Origin: Gekko japonicus
Taxonomy: Eukaryota
DNA: 64,000 nucleotides
Direction: 5' to 3'
Assembly: GCF_001447785.1 (NCBI RefSeq)
Contig: NW_015164189.1
Coordinates: 191,391 to 255,390 of the forward strand
Notes under the pieces: model-generated
The model's database searches: none
Seen by the model: only the letters and a program-made list of their open reading frames with translations
Told to the model about the DNA's origin: nothing
Made by a program: the position numbers and the translations under genes
Part shown: in pieces, positions 1-9,329 of the stretch
Layout of the letters: each line of letters opens with the position of its first letter
Numbering within the stretch: position 1 is the stretch's first letter

Positions 1-620
1 CCCTCCCCCCCCCCCGCCCCCCAAATCCGGCGACTGGCTTTCTTTTTTATCCCGCGGGAGTGCGCTCCGTCATCGAGCCACGCCAGAACGATAAACACCC
101 CCAGCCCCAGGGAACGTTTTGCCCGGTGGCTTCTCTTGCTTGCGGCCCGAAGAGGCAGCCGGGAGCGCCGCCAAACACGCACAGAGCACGCGGCTCGCAG
201 GCAGGGACGGGCCCCAGGCACCACGCACGCGCTCTTCGTTCCCAGGCGCCGGCTCTGTCCCCTGCCCCGCCGCCGCCGCCGCCGCCGCCGGGTCGGTCGG
301 TCAGTCGGTCCGCCTGAAAAGACGCCGGCAGCTCCGCCTTCCTGCTTCCCTAGAGAGCGGCGCGCGATCGTCTCGGCGCCCTCCCGGTGCCCTTGGCCTG
401 CGGGCGGCCATGGCTTTGCGGAGGACGCTGGGCTTAGCCGCGAGGCCTTACTCGCAAGGAGCCGCGAAGGTAGAGGCGGCGGGGGAAGCAGGCGGGGCGG
501 GAGGACCTCGCTGGCTCTGACTGCGCAGAGGTGGCTTGTGCGTCGGGCCGAGGCTAGCGGCGTGCTGAGCCCGTCGGCAGAGCCTCTGCGTGTAGGTCGG
601 TGGAGCAGAATCGAGGATTA
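1..620. promoter_or_regulatory. CpG island / LDHD promoter and 5'UTR, with (CCG)n tract at ~267-290
   Basis: Very GC- and CpG-rich stretch surrounding the LDHD ATG at 410 (GCCATGG Kozak context). Confidence 0.8.
410..469 (+). CDS. LDHD: LDHD exon 1 (mitochondrial D-lactate dehydrogenase; presequence MALRRTLGLAARPYSQGAAK)
   Basis: Kozak ATG, AAG|GTAGAG donor, phase 0 matching exon 2; Arg-rich peptide with no acidic residues. Confidence 0.85.
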
Positions 621-1249
621 GTACTTCTGATGAAACCTCCCTGTTCAGGCGCAGGGTACCTGTGGATATTAGCCGTGGCAGTGTGAGGCAAACAAGGGGG
701 TCGTCTTGGTCGCATACTTCTGTTCGGTCGCTGTCAGCCCCATCGCCAGGATTTTGTGGCTTGTGTGTGGCAAAAGTTTTCCTGGTGGGGGTAAGGACTA
801 ATAACCAGAAGCTACTTACTGTTGCTTCAGATGCACTGTGTATATCTTCTGTTCTATAGCAATACTATAGGATACCCTGCCCTGAACCATTCCAAATCAT
901 ATAGAGAAAAAGATAATTAGCAATGTTTTTAAAATATATTTTTTCCAGAAGACAATCTTGTGGGGCTGGCCCTTTGAGGAAGGGGGCAGCGCCCCTAATA
1001 GTCCCACTGTAACTATGGGCTAGGTCACTGTAACAGGAGACTGGAGTCGAGGCTTTGGTGTGATCCAGCAGGGGATTGTGTCTTGTGCAAAATCCTAGCC
1101 GGGTGACAGAAACCCCTGGAGTTGTGAAAGCCACAGAACTGGCCACTGGAAGCAGTGATACGTTGTAGGGTGCAAATGCAAGAACTCTGTGAACCAAGAG
1201 GGATTTCCATGACCCTTTGCAATGTTGGAGGGGGGGGGACCTCACCCAG

Positions 1250-1430
1250 AGTAGTGTAGTGATTATAGTCGTGGACCCAGGTTTGAATCCCCACTGTGCC
1301 TCAGAAGCTCACTGGGCCAATCACCTTCAGCCTGGCCTGCCTCACAGGGGTGTTGTGAAGTGGAGTAGAGGAGAACCATGTTGTAAGCTGCTTTAGGTCC
1401 CCTTTGGGGAGAAGGAGTGGGGTAATATGT
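1250..1430 (+). mobile_element. Old tRNA-derived core SINE (MIR/Squam-like)
   Basis: gtgtagtg...ggtttgaatcccc head and cctcacagggtgttgtga core. Similar decayed copies at ~5740-5930(-), 12773-12990(+), 18480-18690(-), 33620-33845(-), 34620-34835(-), 41555-41772(+), 48175-48350(-), 62584-62818(+). Confidence 0.7.
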
Positions 1431-2275
1431 ACATGAGTAAAATTCACCTGCTTGATTATAGGATGCAGCCAGTGTGTCGGGGTGGGGGGGAGGGATGGAC
1501 ACCCCTAACATGGATTAAAAGAAAATTATGGGCCAGGTTCTGAAGACTGATTCTATGCCTTTTCACTCAGAATTTAGTCCTTATTTCCTAAATGAGGATT
1601 GCTGGATTGGTTTACACAAGAATTGCAGAATAAGGATTGCACAAACTTGGAGTAAACAGGTGGGGGAGGCACACTTGGGTCCATTAATTCAATCTGATAG
1701 ATTTCTTTCATTGAAATTAATATATGTATATTCGCCTGCTGTAGAGTTGGACTGCTGATCAATCGATCCATTGACCTAGCTAATCCAATGTCTAGCATCC
1801 TCTGTCCTTTAACTGGCAATTTGAGACACAGACTATGTATGCAAAGCATGGGCTGGGCAGGGTGGGCGTCTCATCCTCCAGATAATTGTGAGCCATCCAA
1901 TGTTTAGTTTAGGAAAATAGGAATGCTCATAGCTAAGCAGTAACATACAGGATCTTTGCATGGACTCTGGGGCCATGGGCATGCCAAAGGATTCATTGAA
2001 CACCGAAATATATACTTGTGGAAACCCCATTTTCACATTTAGGTATTGTCTGCTTCCATCGTTTTATTGTTGAGGCATGTGTTGTTTAGTTATGAGAGCC
2101 AGTTCCCAGACAGGCTTGTGCCAGAGGATGGCAAGTAAATGTCACTGGGACACATCTGCCCTTACTGGAGCACCTAGTAAAAAGGCAGGCGCTGTGATAC
2201 GGAGGGGTAATTTTTGTGCAGAGATTTCCGCTCTCCACAATATTCTCCCCTTCACACTTTATTCTGTTGCCACAG

Positions 2276-2388
2276 GCCTGGCTTACGGAAGATTTTCTTG
2301 ATGCCCTGAGAGCCGTGGTAGGGAGCGCCAATGTGTCCACAGCCACAGTGGTCCGTGAGCAACATGGCCATGATGAGTCCATGCACAG
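2276..2388 (+). CDS. LDHD: LDHD exon 2 ([37 protein letters not shown])
   Basis: cacag| acceptor, |gtactt donor, 113 nt; REQHGxDESxH motif of LDHD. Confidence 0.95.
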
Positions 2389-2464
2389 GTACTTCAGAAG
2401 GGAATTTGGGGGGGACGGGTTCCCTGCCTTTATTCCCCCTTCCGGGATTTTCACGAAGAAAACA

Positions 2465-2922
2465 TAGCAGCCTTTTTGAGCCTATAGGCAGTTTTAGAAT
2501 TCTGAGACAGGGTGGTGGTGAGCATAGGCACAACAAAATGGCTGCTGTGGCAGGCAGAGCCACATGCACACCGAGGAAGCCCAAGTGGAGGGCAGAAGAA
2601 GGATAATTTTTTTTAAAAAAAATACTTTGGGTTGCGAGAGAGAGAATGAAACCAAGGTTGTAATCTTGGGACATTTCAATTTGTGATTCATTTTATGTTT
2701 AGTTCTTTTATGGATTTGTTTAATGTTCTCCCTTTTATAATGCCAATAAAGGTTAACTAACACCAACAGTGTGGTGGCAGCTGCCACTGAAATGTTTTTG
2801 GAGAGATGCACAGCCGATGAGATCGCCAGCGGCCAGTCAGATGCCCTGCTGGGCAAAAGCCCCACCTACTTTCTAGAAACACTTAGCGGGCCCAGGGGCA
2901 CCATCTTGGGGACCCTGCTCTA
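2465..2922 (+). mobile_element. hAT-like MITE (family shared with 23119-23498 and 44226-44540)
   Basis: Shared internal blocks (aaaatggctgctg; gtggtggcagctgccactgaaa; actttctagaaacacttag) and decayed CAGGGGTCCCCAA-type ends. Confidence 0.6.
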
Positions 2923-3778
2923 ACCATGTCGCTAGGCAGGCTCTCTCGATGAGCAGAGATGGGAGAAAAATGCAGTGTGGAATGTGGGAGGTGAGGCAGG
3001 AAAGGAGAGTGAGTTCAGGTCCCTCACCTGCACACCCTTTTAATGTTAAAATGAGACATTGTGCACATATCTTTGCTTTATATGTGAATCCGGCAGGTAC
3101 GTTGGTAAACAGATGTGTCTCCCTATGTCTAATTCTACCCTGGATGTTCTCCCCTTCTCCCCTTCCATAGTCGAAAAAGGAAGACCGACAGGAAACTGGA
3201 AATAAACGCTGAATGTCCATATACAACACTACTTTGGCCCCGGTCACACGGGCAGGAAACTGCAGAGGAGAAGCGTGGCTGTTTGCCCTGGGGCAAACTA
3301 CCTAACACCAACAGTGTGGTGGCAGCTGCCACTGAAATGTTTTTGGAGAGATGCACAGCCGATGAGATCGCCAGCGGCCAGTCAGATGCCCTGCTGGGCA
3401 AAAGCCCCACCTACTTTCTAGAAACACTTAGCGGGCCCAGGGGCACCATCTTGGGGACCCTGCTCTAACCATGTTGCTAGGCAGGCTCTCTCGATGAGCA
3501 GAGATGGGAGAAAAATGCAGTGTGGAATGTGGGAGGTGAGGCAGCGAAGGAGAGTGGTTTTAGGTCCCTCACCTGCACACCCTTTTAATGTTAAAATGAG
3601 ACATTGTGCACATATCTTTGCTTTATATGTGAATCCGGCAGATCCGTGGATAAACAGATGTGTCTCCCTATGTCTAATTCTACCCTGGATGTTCTCCCCT
3701 TCTCCCCTTCCATAGTCAAAAAAGGAAGACCGACAGGAAGCTGGAAATAAACGCTAAATGTCCATATACAACACTACT
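2757..3778. repeat. Direct duplication, ~477 bp unit with 545 bp period
   Basis: 2757-3233 is nearly identical to 3302-3778; the ORF track shows twin peptides (MSRDGRK..., MGLLPSR...). Confidence 0.95.
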
Positions 3779-4500
3779 ACAATATATATTTTTACCAAGT
3801 ATTGCATGTATACAGTGCATAAAAGGTCCAAAAACAGTAATACAGTGCGTGGGAGAGCCAAAGCCACTTATCAAAATCCTCCGTATTACGTATCGTTTAG
3901 TGAAAATATTGAATGTACCTATAATTACAAAATTCTAATTACACTAAAAACTAAAGAATAAGACTCGTTTTTGGATGTATTGAATTTTATGCACTGTAAA
4001 GACTCTGCACTGGCTGCCAATAGCATTCCGGATTCGCTTCAAGGTGCTGGTTTTGACCTTTAAAGCCCTTTATGGTCAGGGACCGGCCTACCTGAGGGAC
4101 CGCCTTTCCCCGTATGTTCCCCAGAGAGCACTGAGATCAGGATCCCAAAACCGCCTGGACCTCCCTGGCCCTAAGGAAGTCAGGTTGATGGTAACCAGGA
4201 CGAGGGCTTTTTCTGGGGGCACCGTTGAATGTGTCTTTAAACTGCACTTTAGTTTTATCGCCATCTAATGAATGTTTTATATGGGTTGTTTGTGTTTTAA
4301 CTGATGCTTGTATTTATATCTTATTGTGTTGAATACTGCTTGTCAGTTTTGGAAGCCGCCCTGAACCCGCTTGCGGGGAGGGCGGGGTAAAAGTGGAATG
4401 AATAAATTAAAAAAAAATACTTGTTAAAAATATATTGTAGTAGTGTTGTATATGGACATTTAGCATTTATTTCCAGCTTCCTGTTGGTCTTCCTTTTTTG
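3717..4500. mobile_element. Foldback (long inverted repeat) element interrupted by an L2 insertion
   Basis: 3717-3803 pairs with 4416-4500; 3811-3824 pairs with 3985-3998. Confidence 0.75.
3999..4415 (+). mobile_element. L2 LINE 3' fragment
   Basis: Encodes LHWLPI..RIRFKVLVLTFKALYGQGPAYLRDRL (L2 ORF2 C-terminus); ends agccgccctga...gggagggcggg...aataaa plus A-tail. Confidence 0.85.
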
Positions 4501-4593
4501 TGTATCTAAGCCGCCCCCCCCTCCCTAGTCAGTCATTCCCCTTGCTCCTAAGATTATCATATCTTGTTCTACTCCCCCCCCCCCCTGTCTTAG

Positions 4594-4735
4594 GTGCCTC
4601 CCACCGGATGCTGTGGTCTGGCCCAAGAACGTGGAACAGGCCAGCTTGCTAGCCACGGCCTGCTACAGCAGAGGAGTTCCTATCATCCCCTTTGGCACGG
4701 GCACAGGCCTGGAGGGTGGCGTGAGTGCTGTGCAG
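4594..4735 (+). CDS. LDHD: LDHD exon 3 ([10 protein letters not shown]...[22 protein letters not shown]-binding)
   Basis: ttag| acceptor, |gtaggg donor, 142 nt; [14 protein letters not shown] phosphate-binding loop. Confidence 0.96.
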
Positions 4736-5338
4736 GTAGGGTGGCTTGGCCAGTGAGAGAGGGGGAAGGTTGGGCCACAGTGGCCAGTAGGGATGGGACG
4801 ACTAGAGTGGAGGAGGATTGAAAAAGCACTGAGCAGAACCAGACCTGGGGCTTAATTTGCTTGGCACTTAGCCCCAAAGTCCATTTCGGAGTGCTAAATC
4901 TTGGCTTGTGGCTATGGTAAGACACAGCAACACTTTCTCTTCTTAGCTATCAGTGAGGAACCACAAGCAGGGCCTAGAGAGGAAGCACTCCAGGTCTGAT
5001 GGTGAGGCTTTCTGATGGGCTTCAGCCCCAGCACCTATTTTTTTGGTGCTAGAAGGAGTTGCTGCTCTCCTCCAATAAGATGAAAGGAGCACACATGGCT
5101 GGTTCTGATGTTTTGGCTCCTTGGCCCAAAAAGTTTGCAAAACTCCACTCTTAACTACAGCCTGCACTCTCGAGAGACCTATTGCATCAGGGGATGCACG
5201 AATGGGCTCCTGTGTAGAAGTGGCAGGGGGGGAGGAATTGGGAGGGTTCTGGATGATAAAAATTCCTGCATGTATCAGGCCTTCCCCTCATGTCCGCTTT
5301 GTCTTTTGCTAACCATTTTACCCCCTTCCATGGGACAG

Positions 5339-5480
5339 GGTGGTGTGTGCTTTAACCTGACCCGAATGGACCAAATCTCTGCGCTGAACACGGAAGACTT
5401 CACCGTTGCCGTGGAGCCAGGGGTGACCCGGAAGGCCCTAAACAGCTTCCTGCGGGACAGTGGCCTCTGGTTTCCTGTCG
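5339..5480 (+). CDS. LDHD: LDHD exon 4 ([11 protein letters not shown]...[23 protein letters not shown])
   Basis: acag| acceptor, |gtacgg donor, 142 nt; phase consistent with neighbours. Confidence 0.96.
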
Positions 5481-6065
5481 GTACGGCTGGCTTGGAGATA
5501 GTTTTTGGCAGAGGGTGGTGGCCCGGATTCTGGGGACAAGGCAGAAGACAGTTGCCATTGGATAGGCTGGCATGACATTCCAGCTCTGATTTTGTCCAGA
5601 ATCGAAGGATGGGTGAAAATCAAAATGGTGAGCTAGAAATGGGATAGGTGTGCACCAAGGACCAATTCGGAGCAGTTGCATCTTTCTTTACCTGTCCCCA
5701 GTGCAGATGGCAAATTCCTTCATTTTAATATTTATACCCCAGTTTTTATCCCCAGTGTGGGGAGCCAAAGCTTTTTGTAACATTGGTCTCACAACAGCCC
5801 TGCACAGTAGGTTAAGCTGACAGAGTGACTGGCCAAAGGCTTCCCAGCAAGCTTCCATGGCCGAGTGGGGACCCAAACCTGGAGTTTCCTGGATCCTAGT
5901 CTGACCTTCTGATCACCTCACTGTCCTGGCTGTGTGGGTTATGTAGGCTACAGAGCAGATGCTACATATAATAAGCCTACTAAAAGGGGCAGAAATAGTC
6001 TGCTTATAGGGGCCACGCATGTTTTGGGGGAGTGAGGACCCCTGTGAACATCTGCATTTGGAATA

Positions 6066-6132
6066 ACAGAATCATAGAGTTGGAAGGGAACTCCAGGGTC
6101 ATCTAGTTCAATCCCTTGCACAATGCAAGACA
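6066..6132 (-). mobile_element. CR1 3' terminus fragment
   Basis: gaatcatagagttggaaggg...ggtcatctagttcaatccc is the reverse complement of a CR1 3' end. Confidence 0.7.
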
Positions 6133-6497
6133 TTCACAAATAAAAATAAGCTTGATGCCAGAATTTGCACAACTGAATGCTGTAGGATGGAGGCAGACGA
6201 GAGGTATATTTCCCCCTAGAGAGCTGCAAGAAGGCTTTGCGGATTGGGGTGTGTAAACCCCTACTTTCACTGCTAGCAAACAGAATTGGCAGGTTTGGGT
6301 ATTGTTCCAAAACCCAGCAAGACTTGTTTGACTAGAGCAACAGTGTGTGCATACCACAGAACCTCTTAAAAACCACACTCTGCTCTCAAGTACTATCTTC
6401 AGTCAAAACCTTGTCTTTATAGTCCTGACCAGTGGTTAAACAGGACACCATTGGGATCTCCCATCTAACAAGCCACTCTGCGGACCTGACTATATGA

Positions 6498-6840
6498 TTT
6501 TATTTTATCAGATTTATATACCACCCTTCCCAAGTGGGCTCAGGGTGGTGAACAACAATGAGATAATACGCTTAAAACCATGTGATAACAATTTACATAT
6601 AATTATCATAAAATACCATGTAACCATAAAACAATCAGATGACCAATCAAAATCAGGCCAGTGATGAAAATGGGCCAGAAAATGTGCGCCGGAAGAACCA
6701 AGGCCAGAGAAGCTGGGGGGGAGGGGACGTCCACTGCCTCAGCCAAATGCCTGGCAGAAGAGCTCCATCTTGCAGGCCTTGCAGAACTGTGATAAGTCCC
6801 GCAGGGCCCTGATCTCACACGGGAGCTCATTCCACCAGGT
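6498..6840 (-). mobile_element. L2 LINE 3' fragment
   Basis: ttttattttat...cccacccttcccaagtgggctcagggtgg tail and gggagctcattccaccagg block. Confidence 0.7.
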
Positions 6841-7224
6841 ACATTGTACTTATGAGGTCCTTTCTCCTGCATCTGCCCCGGTTCCTATTGACCAGATGTC
6901 TGCTAGAATTCTGTGCTAGAAAAATTCCCAGCCATGAAGGGACCCAATTCAGACTGGGGGTGGGAGGGGTTGAAGCTTTCTTTGCCCCCACACTGTTTTC
7001 CTGACTTGAAATTGTCCTAGGGAGATGCTGCCTACTCTACTAGGTATGTGTATGTGTACTGAATGGCTACAAGCAGGTTTTCCAGCAGAGCAAGTAGTGA
7101 GTCCCCAAGGCTGTTTCAGGTCAGCAAAATGGCATGATGTGGGTGTGGAGGGGAAGGCTTACTCCCCGTGTCCTGATTCAAGGTGGACCACTGTGAGCCT
7201 GAGAATTCACTTTTGTGTCTGGTG

Positions 7225-7508
7225 AACATAAGAACATAAGAGACGCCAATGTTGGATCAGGCCAAAGGCCCATCCAGTCCAACACTCTGTGTCACACAGT
7301 GGCCAGAAATACCAGTGCCATCAGGAGGTCCAGCAGTGGGGCCAGGACATTAGAAGCCCTCCCACTGTTGACCCCCTCCCAAGCACCAAGAAGACAGAGC
7401 ATCACTTGCCCCAGAGCCCCTATCTATACCTTGTGGCTAATAGCCACTGATGGACCTCTGCTCCATATGCTTATCTAATTCCCTTTTGAAGCCGTCCATG
7501 CTTGTAGC
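7225..7508 (-). mobile_element. Young CR1 LINE 3' end (with TTCTTATG-type tail)
   Basis: acataagaacataaga terminus; ~99% identical to 10597-10778 in reverse orientation. Confidence 0.92.
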
Positions 7509-8258
7509 CTCCTGGTGGACACGGCATGGGAAGGGGAAGACACGGGTCGTGTGTGTATTGTGAACTTAGGTCCTCAGATTCCCAAAGGAAGTCTGGAGCA
7601 TTAGCATTCCAAGCAAACAAATTGCAAAAGAAAAGGGTGATTTCAGGCAGCATGGGAGTTTTCAGACACAACCAGTGCATTTGAGGGTCAAAGTTCTGAT
7701 TAGGAAATCTCAGGCTTCACTGGATCAGTTTTTAAGGTGGCACCATGTTGTGTCCCTTGGATAGGTGAAGTGACCATTGTGTTAGTCAATCTGCAGTAGC
7801 AGGAGATTGTCAGGTGCATTTTGAGGATTTGCTCTCAGTTCATGCAAAGTGTAGGTGGGACTCCCACAGGCCTGGCTGTGCCCCTGTGTGAACTGTGTGC
7901 GCACATAAGGATATGCCCTGTGTTTTTTGTTTCTTTACCAGAATCCTCTGCAACATACATGATTGACACAGAAAAAGCGCTCTCAAAGGAGTCGCATTTT
8001 GAAAACAATAACATAGACTAATTGAGGTAGCTTATTTAAGTCTCCCTTCCGAAGCACTTGGGCGGGATAGAAATCAACAACAAAATAATAATAATCCCCC
8101 CCCCCCGGAAACTAACATTGCTGTTTGTTCTGCTTTACTTAAGAAGAGTGCTGCAGGGACCCATATTTTGTAGGCAAGATTTCCAGGGCTACCACCCCCA
8201 TTCTTAGCAGGCTGTGCTATCTTTTCAGTCTGTACTGTACCCCAGGGGGGAAGGCAGC

Positions 8259-8425
8259 ATGGTGTAGCCTGATCTCGGAAGCTAAGCAGGGTCGGTACTT
8301 GGATGGGAGACCTCCAGGGAAGACTCTGCAGAGGAAGGCAATGGCAAGCCACCTTTACCTGTACCCTGTGCCTTGAAAGCCCCTTGTGCTGGGGGTCACC
8401 ATAAGATAGTTCCAACTTGAACACA
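8259..8425 (+). mobile_element. 5S rRNA-derived SINE
   Basis: ctgatctcggaagctaagcagggtcgg-tacttggatgggagacc is the 5S internal control region, followed by an RTE-type tail (aggcaatggcaagccac). Relatives at 14768-14970(+) and 19380-19530(-). Confidence 0.75.
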
Positions 8426-8594
8426 CTTAAATATGTTTGGGGTACACTTACTCACCTGGTCAGCAAGCCATAGCTTGATGCACCAAGAGCCACCATTTGG
8501 TCTTGTGATATATTTGGATGGATTATCCTCTCTTGCCCAGGTGCTTTCTGGCATCTTTTGGAAACTTGCCATCCTCTGGTTGCTGTCTGTAGTT

Positions 8595-8762
8595 TGTGAC
8601 TAAAGGGAACCTCCATATTCAGAGGTCTCCAAATTCCAGTGCAAGGAGGCAACATCAGGGGCAAGTCTCAGTTCTGTGTTGGCCTCTGTAGTAACTGGTT
8701 GGCCAGTGAGTGAGACAGGCTGCTGAACTAGATGGACCTACTGGTCTTGTCTTATGTTCTTC
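8595..8762 (+). mobile_element. Old CR1 3'UTR fragment
   Basis: gtgactaaagggaacctccatattcagagg...ctagatggacc...cttatgttctt; same family as 52850-53128. Confidence 0.7.
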
Positions 8763-8919
8763 TGCTCTTCCCTGCAAGAGCTGAGTTTTGGAGGTTCCTG
8801 ACTCAGTTCCAGATGCTGCCAGCCAGACCTGAGAGCGATTTCTGCCCTTCAGCTGTGTGGAAGGGATGTGGGGTGGGGGCTTTTGTTGCTGTCTCAGTGA
8901 GTTGCCTCTCCTTCCCCAG

Positions 8920-9079
8920 ACCCCGGGGCTGACGCCTCTCTCTGTGGCATGGCAGCCACCAGTGCATCCGGAACCAACGCTGTACGCTACGGCACCATGC
9001 GCCACAATGTGCTGAACTTGCAGGTGGTACTTCCTGATGGGAGGGTGCTTCATACTGCTGGGCGGAACCGGAGGCCCAG
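8920..9079 (+). CDS. LDHD: LDHD exon 5 ([48 protein letters not shown])
   Basis: ccccag| acceptor, |gtacgt donor, 160 nt; conserved FAD-oxidase motif. Confidence 0.96.
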
Positions 9080-9329
9080 GTACGTCACAAAGCTGCTTTC
9101 TGGAAGCCGCATCACACCTTTCCTTAAGTCTCTGCGTTGGATTTTCTAGCACGTGTCACACCAGGCTGGGAGTTTTTATTTAACAGAAGCCCCTACAGCA
9201 CATGGATGGGCATGACCTGTCCGATTTCCTTTGCATGTCTTTTTGACGCATGCTTGCTGCTTATCATTCGCTCTGGTTCATGTTGCAGACGTTGATTCAA
9301 AAGGGTGCTAGTGGCTACAGCCTGAGGCT

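Noticed and set aside
60-621. Overlapping ORFs across the LDHD promoter
   Set aside because: GC-rich artefacts with non-ATG starts; the real start is the ATG at 410
5108-5575. Long ORFs overlapping LDHD/ZNRF1 exons (also 17492-17944, 24851-25180)
   Set aside because: Intronic read-through around true exons, already explained by the spliced gene models
8270-8315. 5S rRNA gene
   Set aside because: Partial, internally deleted and fused to a retroposon tail, so a SINE
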